The position numbers and the translations under genes were made by a program. The notes below the pieces were generated by a model, which was not told the DNA's origin, did no database searches, and was given only the letters and a program-made list of their open reading frames with translations. Below, piece by piece: positions 13,290 to 29,591 of a stretch of 64,000 nucleotides of DNA (positions are counted from its first letter, which is position 1; each line of letters opens with the position of its first letter). Location: assembly GCF_006345805.1 (NCBI RefSeq), contig NC_043006.1, positions 105,524,001 through 105,588,000 on the forward strand. Reading direction: 5' to 3'. This DNA comes from Octopus sinensis. Taxonomy: Eukaryota.

Positions 13290-13625
13290 TCCTTGAAATG
13301 AAACTAACTGGATTTAATAACAAAGGTAATAAATAGAGAGGCCCTCCAATGATGAGATGGTCATCTACCCCTATTTTAAAGCGGAGAAATGTAGAGCTAC
13401 AGGAATTGCAGAGAACTTGGAAGCAACGCACCATGCATAAAGTACATCACCCAAAAAGTAATATCGTCATGCTCTATATACCAAATGGCGAAAAAAGCAG
13501 AAGTTTAATATATGCAGAAACCGCTCACGAACAATATTGCAAATTTCTATTTGAAAATCCATTGGCCATATTGAAGAATGACTATTGTCCGTGCGGGGTG
13601 GGGAAATAACTTGAAAAACAAAGAT
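13290..13625 (+). mobile_element. R4/Dong-type LINE fragment (post-RT region)
   Basis: RTMHKVHHPKSNIVMLYIP resembles the TMH..HHPK.D..RLY.PR..GGRGL motif of REL-type elements. Confidence 0.65.
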
Positions 13626-13679
13626 GTAGATGAAAAATTCATAGAACAAATCAAAAGTGATCAAAATGAAGAATGATGG

Positions 13680-13790
13680 TTGTGTTTTCGTTTCTCATTG
13701 TGTTCGACGTTCTTTTGTCCTGTACCTATATATGCATGTATATATACATATAGATGTAGGTACGTACATATATGTATGTATAAGTGCATA
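13680..13790 (+). repeat. Fragment of block B of the permuted repeat family
   Basis: gttttcgtttctcattgtgttc..cctgtacc.atatatgcatg is shared with 29394-29470 and, inverted, with 57820-57900. Confidence 0.7.
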
Positions 13791-13844
13791 TGTTTTATTT
13801 ATTATTTTGTTATATATATATATATTTTAGTGTGGCTTTTATAA

Positions 13845-14163
13845 ACGTTGCTTAGTGGTTAGTGCATTCGGCTTATGATCGTAAGTTTGTGAGTTCGATT
13901 CCCGGCGACGCGTTGTGTCCTTGGGCAAGGCACTTTATTTCAAGTTGCTCCAGTTCACTCAGCTGGCAAAAATGAGTAGTACTTGTATTTCAAAAAATGG
14001 CCAGCCTTGGCACAATCTATGTCACGCTGACTCTCCTTGCGAATTACGTTAAAGGTACACGTGTCTGTGGAATGCTCTGCCACTTGCGCGTTAATTTCAT
14101 GAGCAAGCTCTTCCGTTGATCGTATCAGCTGGGACACTCGTCGTCGTAACCGACGGTGTGCTC
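13845..14163 (+). mobile_element. SINE family S4 (tRNA head + conserved central core)
   Basis: A-box-like gcttagtggttag, B-box gagttcgattcc, core gcgttgtgtccttgggcaaggcactttatttc..cactcagctggcaaaaatgagt. Confidence 0.8.
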
Positions 14164-14919
14164 CTTATTTACTTTATATATATATATATATATATAATAT
14201 ATATATATATATATAATATATATGAGTTCTCACGCATTCATGTTCATGTATAATTCAATCGTAATCCTATATAAGAAACAACGAAGCACGGCTACTATCA
14301 TTATTTTGCTCCCGTGGACCAAAGACAGAGTCCTTCATCACGATTCAAGTTGTTAATTACGTAAAATATTTAAATACGGGAGAATTCTAAGTGTAACAGA
14401 GAGCGCAAAATCGTATAAATGTCTTCTATAAAACGTTGATATAAGCGATTACTGCCGACTTCTCTCTCCCTCGCCCCTCCCACCCTCTCTCCCTTGTCTT
14501 TTCCCCTCCCCATTTCAAAGTTATTAGGATTGCCATGAGTGCTATTTTGGTTCCATTTCTATAATTTACTGCGTTTTTTTTTAGTCCAATTATTGTTTTA
14601 TTTCCTTGTTTATGTTCATTTTCATATTTCCGTGGCCGTCGTTGTTGCTCTCGTGGTCGTTCGTGTTATTTGTTGATATTGCTGTTGTTGCTGTTGCTGT
14701 TATTGTTATTATTAGAACTGTTACCGTCGTTGTTGTTGTTGTTGTTATTGACATAATATTTGAAAAGCAAAATATTATAGATAACGCATATCCGAAGAAT
14801 AAAGCTAAAAGCTACAAAATCTCTTTCGAAAACCCATAAATGTTTCCATATGGGCAATCAACTAACAAGAAAAGTTATAAACAATTTAGGCAAGCGCATA
14901 TATACAGATATACCACGCA

Positions 14920-15245
14920 TATATTTGTATGTATATATACATATATGTATACGTGTATATATATATATATATGTATGCATATATATATGTTTGTGCGTAT
15001 GTATTTATGTATGTATGTATTCATGTATGTATAGTATACGCTGTATTTACGTATTTACTAACACATCTGAGTGAAGGCATCTATGTGTACGGATGATTGT
15101 ATGTACGCTTCCTGTATACGCACAGAAATATTCCTCTCTGGCACCAAAATCAATGCCAAATAAAAGAAAATGGCAATTAAAAATAAGACAAAAAACGAAC
15201 AAGCCATGGCATATAAAAAAATCTTTAAAACAAATCACGCAATTA

Positions 15246-15285
<40 letters not shown>

Positions 15286-15306
15286 CATATATATATATAT
15301 ATATAT

Positions 15307-15343
<37 letters not shown>

Positions 15344-15480
15344 TATACATATATATATATATACATATATATATATGTTCAGCACATGTGTATGTGCATA
15401 CCTATACTTATGCGTATATATGTATGTGCTTGTATGTGTGCGTATATATATGTATATATATAAATATACATGTATATATA

Positions 15481-15520
<40 letters not shown>

Positions 15521-16185
15521 TATATATTATATATATATATATGTATGTATAATATATATATATATTATATATATATATATATTATATATATATATATATA
15601 TATTTACATATATACATATATACATATATATGTATATGTAATAATATATATGTATATATCTACAGATATATATTAAGTGATTGAGAGGTATATAGATTTA
15701 TGTATGATATATATACGTATATAAATATATTTTTGATAAATATTTATGTATATATGTATAAGTATGAATGTAGATACACCTATATATACACACACACACA
15801 CCTACATATATATATACATATATATATATACACACATATATATATGCATATATAAATATTCATCCACATACATATACCTACATGTATGCCTACATTTATG
15901 TGTGTGTATATATATAAATATATATATATATATACACACACATGCACGCATACTTATACATGCACACTCACCCAGACATAAAAACAGATATCTACTTAAA
16001 CGTATACATGTATACATGCACACACGCACACATACAAGCACACACACACACATACACACACAAATACACACATACACATATACATACACACACACATATA
16101 TACATTATATATATTATACACACATATATATATATATATATACTACTATATATATTATATATATAAGATATATATACACACACCT

Positions 16186-16219
<34 letters not shown>

Positions 16220-16240
16220 TATATATATACATATATAGAT
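14920..16240. repeat. Compound (TA)n/(CA)n/(TATG)n low-complexity field
   Basis: Directly visible; source of many spurious YIYI-type ORFs. Confidence 0.95.
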
Positions 16241-16477
16241 AGATGAAATAAAATAAATGAGATGATAACTGATTGTAGGGGATTATTTTCTTCAATTTGT
16301 TTTAAGGAAGCTTTCATTACTGATAACAATGAAATAAGTCAGCGAAAGAATATTTATATGTTGTTTAAATATGGGCTATTTTTTTATGAATATCGTATTT
16401 GTGTATTTGTGTGTGTAAACCGAATAATCTAACTGGCGTAAGGAGACACAATCGCTCACATAATATGCTCATTATGC

Positions 16478-16536
16478 TAGATAGATAATTGATAGATAGA
16501 TAGATAGATAGACAGATAGATAGATAATATATGATA

Positions 16537-16569
<33 letters not shown>

Positions 16570-16631
16570 AGAATGATAGATAGATAGATGGATAGATAGA
16601 GAGATAGATAGATAGATAGATAGATAGATAG

Positions 16632-16672
<41 letters not shown>
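16478..16672. repeat. (TAGA)n tract at the 3' end of Tx1-like copy 1
   Basis: Directly visible; abuts the element 3' end. Confidence 0.95.
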
Positions 16673-16674
<2 letters not shown>

Positions 16675-16965
16675 CTTTCTTTTATTAGCCACACAGGGCT
16701 GAATACAGAGGGACAAATACAAATGCAGAGCTTTTCTTTTCGAGGGTGGAAAAAAATAAAATGTAAGATTGCGATCAAAAGGGATCGAGAGGAGGAAAAA
16801 AGGAAAAAAAAAAAAATCGTGTATCACAGAAATAATGGTGTAAACATTGATATAACAAGATTGGTTCATCCGTGGGAAGAAAGCCTACAGAAAACCACGG
16901 GAACCCCAGTCAGGGGGAAATAAACACATGAGGGTCAAAAGCTCTCTTTCTTTCTTTTTTACGAT

Positions 16966-19900
16966 CTACAGGATCATGCTCAAAATGGTTTCGTTACTAG
17001 CACGCACCATCTTTGCAACATTCACCCATCTTTTTTTGAATCTTTCGCGAGACAAAACTTCCCTCTCCATTCTCACCTTCCTTTTCAAGTGGTACTTGAA
17101 AAAGTTGATGAGCGATTGGCCAGAGAGGTAAGTGTTTGTCTCTAATCCTTTCGCTCGAGTCCACCACACACATTCTTTCACCATGGCCACCAGTACGATG
17201 AAAACTGCCTTGCCTTCCCGGTTGAGGGAAGGGGGCGGAGCAATTCTCACGATAGACTCGGCCGATAGGCGGATTCGTCCCACACGTGACAGCAGCCGTT
17301 CGGCATAAGCCCACAGGTCGGAAATGGTTGGACATTGCACGAGTGCGTGCAGAACGGTTTCGTCGCGCTCTGACCGCATCTCGGGCAAGTCGTCCAGTGT
17401 GTCTGGAACCGTGTCTGTAGAGCTTATCCCGAACAGGTAATGCTTCTCGATAGCACTGCCAGGCCAGGGATCTTTGGTGATTGTTCATAGGTCCCGGCCC
17501 GAAAGTTGTCCTGAACAGGCGGGTCCTCGTCGACGCCCAGACTCTGCCCGAGTTCGTCGTCGCACCTCCCCTCCACTAATCCTCTATAGAATGCCTTTGT
17601 TGTGATGGAGTCGCACAAGTTCGATCCCGGACGGCAGAGTTGCTTGAGAGCAACGCGACACTCACGGTGCCATTCGCCTAGCCTCGGTCTCTGCTTGATC
17701 CATGACTGTAGTTCGTCCAAGGAGACGAGCTGCGGGAAAGCGCGCCGCACAAAGGCGACCACCCCTGTTCACCGTTGTCTATGAAGCGCCGGAGATGTCG
17801 CAGTCTCAGCGCATGTCTGCGCATCATCAACCACGGCATGCCCAGCCCTCCATTTAGCGGGTGTTGGCAGCAAATGGATCGCCTAACCATCGGAACGTTT
17901 CCCTTCCACAAGAAGCGGAAGAGTATGCGTTCCAGTTTGGTGATGGTAGGGTCGGGACAAGGCACGACGGTCAGACGATACTCGATGACGGATGCGATGT
18001 ACGCGTTCGCCACCTCCGCCCGACCTTTTAGGGATAGCTTTCTCTCAGTCCATTTCTGGGTGAGAGTAGCCACCCTAGTCGTTATCTCCTCCCCCAGTTC
18101 TTCTCCATTTGGAGGTCCGGACCGAACCAGACCCCGAGCAATTTAACCGGTCCGTCCGTCCAGCGTCCCACGATGGAGACGCTGTTGGACGGCATGGCTT
18201 GCTTCTTCTCCAGGTGCCGAGCCGCAAGCCCACTGACTTTTCCCGGTTAATTTTTGCTCCCGTTACCGCTTCGTATTCTTTCAGTGTCTCGCCGACCAGC
18301 TCGATGTGCTCGTAGCTCGACACTATGACGGTGACGTCATCCGCGTATGCAGACACGCTCCTCCCGCATCCCAGCTCTCGTGGGATGCCCCTCAGCGTCG
18401 CCAGTTTCCGCAGTAGTGGCTCAAGGTCAGTACATACAGCAGCGATGAGAGGGGGCATCCTTGACGAACCGAACGCATGATGTTAAAAGGTCTGGATAGA
18501 TGACCATTTACGCGAACTACTGAGCGGATGCCGCTGTATAAGGCAGCGATCCAACCGCGGAAAACTGGACCGAAACCAGCCGCTTTGAGGACAGCCTCCA
18601 AGTAGTGATGGTCTACCCTATCGAAGGCTTTTGATTGATCCAAATTGATCAGCGCCCCACCCATGCCAGGATTTTTAACTACCCTGTCTATGATGTAGCG
18701 CATCAGATGGAGGTTGTCATGAATACTTCTACCCGGCACGGCGCATGTTTGCGCCTTGTCGATTAGTTTCTTGATGACAAGCGCCAACCTCTCGGCTAAC
18801 ACCTTGGCCAAAATTTTCAAATCTGCGTTGAGCAGAGTGATGGGCCTGAAATTATCTATGACGTCCCCCTTGTTTGGGTCTTTCTTGATCAGTGCCACTG
18901 CTCCTCGCTTTACAAAAGCAGGAATACTCCCGTTCTGCTGCCAGTTGCAGTAGACAGCTGCTGCCAAGACGCCTCCAACAAGTCTGGCATATGAAAATAA
19001 AATTCGTAGGGCAGACCATCCAAGCCTGGTGACTTGTCTCTCGCGCAGCCTACCATCGCATCCTGTACGTCCGCAGCTGTGATAGGCTTTTCACAAGACT
19101 CCACCTCCCTTGCTGAGAGTCGTGGCAAGGCATGCAGGTAGGCACTAAAGTCCACTCTGCTTTCTGACTCACCACTTGTCCCAAACAGTTGGGTGAAGTG
19201 TTGTTGAAAAACCCCACACATCCTTTTAGGCTCGAGCAATTCGCGCCCCTGTTCATCTATAAGAGACTTGATGGTGGCTCTGTTGCCTCGTTGCGTCTCC
19301 ACCACTCGGGCCTCTTGGGCGGCTCCAACTCCTTCGTTCCTCAGAGCACGCATCCTAGCTCTGACAACGCATCCCTCGTGTTTGGCGTTGAGGTGTTGGT
19401 CGAGGGCCAATCTCGCCGCCAGTACGTTGGACGCGATGCCAGTTCTAAGTGCCTCTTCTAAAACCTTAACTAATTCTCCCTCTATTCTATTTCGGTCTAA
19501 TGCTAGGGCTCTACTGTATCTGACTGATTCTGCTTTAATCGCTTTTTTTAGGGCATACCACCATCTGTTGTTGATGATGGTACCCGTCAAAGCTCTCTTA
19601 ACTAATGTGCTGATCCGGTCCCTGTAAACCTGTCGTGCTGTAAAAGACGCGTTCAGTTTCCAGTAACCAGGACCCTGCCTATGTGTTTATCTAAGTCAAG
19701 TGTACAAGTCACAAACTTGTGATCTGTGTAACTGACTATATGAAATTGTGGACAACCTACACTATTTTTATCTATTGTCCTACAGAATACTCTATCTAAG
19801 TATGATCTGGACGACCCGATACGGTTACTCCATGTCCACATTGGCACATTCGGGTGGTCCAGTCGGTACCTGTCAGACAGTTGGTAACGTCTGAGCAGGT

Positions 19901-20399
19901 CTTTGAGGCATTTGCATCCCCTTCTATTGCTATCTCTGCCCACGTAGTCTAGATGCGTGTCCAGGGTGGCATTCCAATCCCCCACTAAAAGTAAAGGACG
20001 AGACGTTCCCATGAAAGACTCTAGACGTCGAAAGAAATCTGGTCGGCCTGTTAAGGACGGAGCATAAACTGCTATCATCTCGAAAAGCACACTCATTGCT
20101 GCCATCGACATCTAAAACGACCAGCCTACCCTCCGGGTCTAGGAAATTTGCTCTTACTTTGAGATCCAGACTCTTCCGGATAAGCACCGCGGTGCCACCT
20201 CCGCCCACTCTCGGTAGACACGGAGAAAAATAAATGTTGAAATGTGTACCGAAAATGTGCTGGAGTGCCCGCAAGCTGTGGAGTCTGGTCTCACTGATGG
20301 CTATGATATTCAGATTTAGTGACTTGATGTCATTTAACAGTAGCCTTGTTTCCAAGGCGACCCCAAGCCACGTACATTTATACTACCTATTCTGAGCAT
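16966..20399 (-). pseudogene. ORF2 (AP endonuclease-reverse transcriptase) of Tx1-like LINE, frameshifted
   Basis: Starts MLRIGSINVRGLG. APE motifs ISETR, VGDWN, SYLDRVF, YTDHKFV. RT motifs KSPGLDGLPYEFY, NFRPITLLNADLKILAKVLA, LDQSKAFDRVDH, SVRQGCPLS, SAYADDV. C-terminal ETVLHALVQCP; stop at 16966. Confidence 0.92.
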
Positions 20400-20441
20400 G
20401 TTCCGATAAAAGTGCAAAAAAGGAAAAGGAGAGAGAAAAGG

Positions 20442-22591
20442 TTACTTGTTTTTCGAAAGTTCTTTGTCTTTCACCTCACGGTCTTCTTCTATGAGGCTTT
20501 TATACAGTTTTTTCGATGAGTTTTTGAAATCTCCCTACTGCAGCATCAGGGTAGAGAGATTTCAGGTGCTGTATGTGTTCTGTGTCACGTGTATTATTTT
20601 AATGTGTGTGGTGGTGGTGTGTGTGGGTGGTTGTTACTACTTATTTTATGTCGTTTTCAGTAATGTTAGTGTTTGACCTAATGTGTTCCATTAGGTCGTG
20701 GTTGTTTGTGTTTATGGCTGTCAACATTTTTGGGGGGTTTGATGATGGTGTGTTTTGTGTTGATGTGTGGTTTTTCTGTGGATGTTTTTGTTTCGGGAGT
20801 GGTGTATCTTCCCGCTTTGTTTGTTATTTTTTTTTTCTTTTCTTTTTTTTCCCCTTTTTCTTCTCCCCCCTGTGGCTATTTGCCAATCTTCCGTGTCTTC
20901 TTCGTCTAATGACAGATCAGACGAATCGGAGTCTGGAAGAGGAAAGTATTGGGTCTATTGTCGACTGTGTTGGTTTTGTTGTTGGTGTTGGTTGGTGAGC
21001 GTTTGGTTGTGGTGTATGCGTTTTGGATGTGGGGTTTGGGTATTTTTTGTTTTTGAGTGATTGTGGGTATTGTTGTGTTGTTTAGGTCTCAATTTTGTGG
21101 GGATTTGGAGTTGTAATTGTTTCTTCATTTTTGCTGGTGTCTTTTGGCAGATGTCCTTGGTTTGGGAGTTGGTATATTCTTGGTTGTTGTTGTTGGTGAT
21201 GCTGCTTCTGTTCTTGGTGCTGCAGTTGGTGTGGTTGTTTTGTTTGGTGAGGTTTGTTCCTGCAAAAAGTGGGTGTGGGTAGTAAACCTTGTTTATTTGT
21301 TTTTGTTTCCGGCTGCTGTTGTTGTGCTGTTTTCTTGCGGCAGATTTGCAGTCTTTTTTTAGGTGTTGCTCACTGCCGCATATGTAGCAACGTGGTCTTC
21401 TGCCATCGACGACCACATATAACTTGTGGTCGTCTGATACACATATCTGGGTGGGTATTTTTTTTATATCTTCATGATGTATATGTAGAAGAAATTCTAC
21501 TTTTTTTCCCACCCAGTTTTTATGCTCTGTGACTGTGGTTTCCAAAATAGTATAATTCGCCATTTTTACGCATAAGGCCTTTACAAGCCATAGACTATTG
21601 GCTATTTGGGGACATTGTTTAGAGTGATCTTAGTCACTTTCTGTCCCCGATAGCTGGTGTAAGTTGGAGTTCATCTGAGTGAAGAGTTAGCGTTGAGAAA
21701 TGTCTAGCTAACTCTTCGGTGTAGAAAACACTTGTATGTGGGCAAATTTGTTCCACCAGGTTACATATTCTTTGTGATCCCAGATGGGTTTCAAGCACTT
21801 CTCTATTTTGCTTGTGTTGGCCTTCTCTGGGATTTTTGTTTTTTTGTTAACTATTTTATAAATGATTGTTCGTCTTTTTCATTTTCCAAAATATCTTCTG
21901 GTATGTTTATTTTTACTATACCTTCTGATTCTGTTATTTTGATGTTCGTGTCCTGTATTTGTTGAGCCGTAAAGTATATTGTTGTTTTTTTTTCTTTAAT
22001 CGCCTCAGCGAAATTTGTTGTTGTTTTATTGTTTTGTTGCTTGTGGTGATGTTGTTGTTGGCTGCAGTTTGTAAAATTGGTGTGTTTGGTTCGATCGTGC
22101 AAGTAGGAAGGGGTGGAAAATTGCCTGCGTACTTTAGTCCTGCACTAGGGCAAATTCGACATTTCGTTTGCTTGTCGTCGTTATTTTTTTCACTTGTTGT
22201 GATGGAGTGAGCAGTGGTTGAAGGAATTGTTGTTGTCGTCGTCGTTGTTGTTGTTGTTGTTATTGTCGTTCTTGGTGACGGCGGTGGTGTTGGTAGTATT
22301 AGTAGCATTGACGGCACGGTCTTTGGTGGCGGTGATGTTGGTATTGTTATTGGTGGCGATATCTTTAGTAGGGATAGCAGTTTTAGTAGCAGATTCTGCC
22401 ATGGTGTTGGTGGTGGTGGTGGACTCACTGATGGTGTTGACGGTGCTTGGCCTTGCGACCTTTGTTTTGTATTTGTTGCTGTTGATGGTGGTGGAGTTGT
22501 CAGGTTCGGCGTATGCTAACAGAGCATCCTGTTTTTCTGTTTCTGCGTCACGCTTGACTTGCAGCTCAGCCTCGTGGTGGCCAGTGGCCAT
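20442..22591 (-). pseudogene. ORF1 (gag-like) of Tx1-like LINE, frameshifted
   Basis: ATG at 22591 (MATGHHEAELQVK), Thr/Asn-rich low-complexity N-terminus, then VVVDGRRPR-CYICGSEQHLKKDC (CX2CX4HX4C). Split across several ORF-track entries. Confidence 0.8.
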
Positions 22592-22752
22592 TTTGGAAAT
22601 AAAATGGCTAAATGAAACCACGAAGGCTATGAGAAAGGTTTTCAGTGGATGTTGTTGCACAACTTTTAAGCACAAAATGTTTGTCAATATACACTTTTAA
22701 ATAGTCAAAATAAATGATTACCTTCGGAGCTGAAACGACATCACATCCGTCA

Positions 22753-22784
<32 letters not shown>

Positions 22785-22789
22785 CACAC

Positions 22790-22824
<35 letters not shown>

Positions 22825-22825
22825 C

Positions 22826-22864
<39 letters not shown>

Positions 22865-23044
22865 CAGACAGATAGATAGACAGATAGATAGATAGATAGA
22901 TAGATAGATGATAGATGGATAGATAGATAGATAGATAGTAGATAGATAGATAACAGACACACATACACACAGACATACACACAGACACACAGACAGACAC
23001 ACAGACAACACACAGATACACAAAGACAGACAGACAGACTGATA

Positions 23045-23078
<34 letters not shown>
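22753..23078. repeat. (TAGA)n/(CAGA)n tract between the two Tx1-like copies
   Basis: Directly visible; same orientation as the other two tracts. Confidence 0.95.
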
Positions 23079-26149
<3,071 letters not shown>

Positions 26150-26334
26150 TCTAACTTAAGGGATATAGAATAATCGGAAATTGTTGTGTGTTACTAGAAA
26201 TGTGAAGCTCATTAAAGATGTAGAGAGAGATATATTTTCTATGACAGGAGGGTAGTTCGCCCTTATATCTGCTCTAACATCGTATGAGGTGCGGAGTTGT
26301 AACTGAAGCAGTTCTTTCAGCTAAGAATGCAAAG

Positions 26335-26620
26335 GTCAACGACAATGTCGCTTATGTTTGTGAGCATAGAAATATTAGGTAAATATTAGGGTAAGCGAAG
26401 GCAGCGAATAGACAGAATCGCTTGAGCATCGGAAGAAACTCTTTACGCACTTTGCCTGGCACTTTAACAACTGAGTTCAAATTCTGCGGCTGGCAACTAT
26501 ATTTTTCCTGTCTCGGGGGCGGGAGTCGATACAATGTTTACTAGTTAAGTACTGGGGTTTGTGGTATCATCAATTCTCCTACCCTCAAAATTTCTTGTCG
26601 TGCACCTAAGTTAGATACTA
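26335..26620 (+). mobile_element. SINE family S2, diverged
   Basis: ctgagttcaaattctgcgg..gtcgatacaatg..actggggt matches the S2 core. Confidence 0.65.
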
Positions 26621-27192
26621 TTATTAGTATAACAAACGAAGTTGAAGAGATACATGACATAGCAGCTAATATGGGAGACACTCAGAAATATTGAAAAATT
26701 CGACTTAGTACAGCAAAGGTAAATGAGTTCATTACGGAAAACACGGATCATAAGGGTGTAATTCACATTAAAAGCTTAGTTCGTTATGTTTCACTTTGAA
26801 AACTGCGTGCTTGTTACCTAGAAGCAAGGAATCCCAGAAAAGTAATTCCTATTCTGAAATACATCGCCTCAGCTGACCTGGAACTATAGGCTATATTGAT
26901 GACCTTAGACTCATCATTGCCAAATGGGCCAAAACTGTTTTCTAGATCTTATAAATGCTATGAATTATAAAGGAGTAGAAAGAACAATCGGGAATAGGAT
27001 AACACTTTATCTGAAAAACCTGGGTTTTCAGATAAAGAAAGTGACTAGCTAACAGTCACTTTGGCGATACAGTGTGCGAGCTGAACAGTAACGATGTGAA
27101 AGACATTTCTATGAAGTTCGACATTACATAGTTTATAGTAAATGTTACCGTTATCGTGACGGAGCTTCTTTCAACGATATAAGCCAGTTCTA

Positions 27193-27247
<55 letters not shown>

Positions 27248-27260
27248 ATAGAAATTGATA

Positions 27261-27773
27261 TCTATATATATAAAACTGTAGTTGTGTGAGTGTCTGTCCC
27301 CTTCGATTTAGATTCCTAACTACTCCCACATTTTGCGGTGCAGTTTAACCAAATTCGGGTTATCTTATAGTCGTGACTCATATCGAGCCCGTCTGGCTAT
27401 TAGCGCGCGTCTACGATGAGTCTACGATTTTAAAAATAATTTAACATCATTTTTAATCCATTTTAATGCATAATTTTTCGTGTGTCGATGGCGGCGGAGT
27501 TGGCGTCCATGGTCACACCTGCACCTGTTTGCTTCTCCCCCTTCTTCCCTCCCTCATGAAGCTGTGGGGAAGGGAGTGTAAGGAAATCAACGTCGTAAAG
27601 CGTTGTCAAGGAGACCAGCGTTCTTTTAGAACAACGACTTCATGGCTTGAAGACACCAAAACAGAAATGGCTAAGAAAGCCCGAATTGGCATCTATAAGG
27701 GAAGTAACTCTCTAAAAATGCTTATATAGTTATTTCCCTTACAAACCCGAGCAACGCCGGGCGATACTGCTAG
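27261..27773 (+). mobile_element. Non-autonomous Helitron (513 bp)
   Basis: 5' A|TCtatatatataaaactg, 3' ...CTAG|T, subterminal GC hairpin cccg-agcaacgc-cggg about 9 nt before CTAG, inserted at an AT dinucleotide with no TSD. Confidence 0.8.
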
Positions 27774-27839
27774 TTAATCAATAAAAAACAGTGGCCTAGC
27801 ATATTTCTTAAAAAATCCGAAGATTAAAAATTTTATACT

Positions 27840-28131
27840 TACAAAATTTAGAGGAATGACCACTAATAGTGGACAGCCTGTTTGCTAGATATAGACGTCA
27901 AACTCTTGCAGATGTTTACGTATCCATATACGTAAATATTAACAAGTGAAACTAATTAGTACGTAGGTAATCGGTTTTTATTTTTGTATATTTTCATTTG
28001 TCTTATTTTTAAACTTTGGTTTTTGCTGACTTTTTTCTTGAGAACACATTCTTCGTGGTAAATGGCGAGTTTGACGTCTATATCTAGCATACAGGCTGTC
28101 CACTATTAGTGGTCATTCCTCTAAATTTGTA
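27840..28131. mobile_element. MITE with ~65-bp terminal inverted repeats
   Basis: 27840-27905 and 28067-28131 are reverse complements with one indel and one substitution; TA at both termini. Confidence 0.8.
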
Positions 28132-28170
28132 TGTATATATATATATATATAATATATAATATTATATAAT

Positions 28171-28203
<33 letters not shown>

Positions 28204-28889
28204 GTATGCATGTATATATATATATATATATAACCTATATATATATGTGTGTGTGTGTGTGTGTATATATTATTATTATTATTAGTTCACCCGTCATTGA
28301 CCAGGGGCATCACATAGGAAAAGAATACAGGGCCTAGTGTATCCGGCTGAGACCAATCAGTTCGATATATTGCTCAGAAGGGTCTGCTGCAGCTCGGGCA
28401 GTAGTGGTATGTTGGGGCTGAAGGCAATGAGTTGGTTTTGGACTATTATACTCCGAGTTTTCTTTGTCTCCCTGCAACTCTGTTTTGCTCGTAGGAAGTG
28501 ACACCTCTGGTGATGCAGTTTCACCAGGTAGTGCGGTTTTCTGCTGGTATTCCTCATGTATCGCAGATGATCTCCAAGCTCTTCAGTTTTATATATACAC
28601 ACTAATACACGTTAATATATTCATACATACATAAATATCCAATACATACATACATACATACATACATTCATACATCCATACATACATACATACATACATA
28701 CATACATACACACACACATACATACATACATACATTCATACATACATACATACATACATACATACATACATACAGAATGTATCCACACTTTTAAAAGTAA
28801 AGAATACAATTCGATTTAAGTAAAACACGACAGTTATTGTTGTATAAGACCGGAACTGCTATTAAATCAACATACACACACATATATAT

Positions 28890-29470
28890 ATTCCCTCTCT
28901 TGTTCTTCATCCTTTCTGGTTTTCTCTCGCACCCTTCCCTATTCTGTTCCTCTCCTCTTCACCGTTCCCTCTCTCTCACTCTTCCTCCTTGACTCTCTCG
29001 TCGCTGACACGTGACGAAATGGAATCTATCTTTCTGCCCAATATCTTCCTAAAGACGACACGTGCTTATACCTGTCTCCTCTCATAAGCTCGTCTTCCTA
29101 GCGTTCATAATGTTTTTTCTATCGTCTTGGCTTAACAACTCTCACCGTTTGTTTTTACTGTCCTGGTCTTGCTACCACTTTCACCCTCCGCAAAAAATCC
29201 CAAATATTTTTTAATTTGCTTTGCGGGAAGAACTGTTTCAACGAGAGTCGCGTCTTGTTCTTGCCTTCGAACGCGGAGTAGTTGAAACAGGGACATCTGA
29301 AGAAGGGGAATATTCTTTATGCTGCATGGCTCATTTCTCTGTTTGTTTGTTTTTTGTTGTTAAAAAAAAAGTTCGTTTGCTTTTGCTTTTATGTTTTCGT
29401 TTCTCATTGTGTTCAACGTTTTTTTTACGTCCTGTACCCATATATGCATGTATATATATACATATATATG
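28890..29470 (+). repeat. Interspersed repeat, block order A-B
   Basis: Both blocks are homologous (inverted) to 57370-58130, but in a different order. Confidence 0.8.
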
Positions 29471-29514
29471 TAGGTATGTACATATGTGTTTGTATATATA
29501 TATATTTATATATG

Positions 29515-29591
<77 letters not shown>

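Larger units (their letters stand above)
16673..22752 (-). mobile_element. Near full-length (~6.1 kb) Tx1/L1-clade LINE, copy 1
   Basis: 5' UTR, ORF1 with CCHC knuckle, ORF2 with APE + RT + C-terminal Cys-rich motif, and a 3' UTR ending gtgtggctAATAAAagaaagt directly into (TATC)n. The 5' end is also preceded by (TATC)n. Confidence 0.93.

Noticed and set aside
28290-28600. GC-richer island with an 81-aa minus-strand ORF
   Set aside because: No recognisable motif or convincing splice pair; probably a TE fragment.
29280-29345. GAAAC...CTGAAGA motif in block B as a hammerhead
   Set aside because: No GAAA after stem II, only 9 nt between GAAA and CTGA, and the motif is not conserved in the 58-kb copy.
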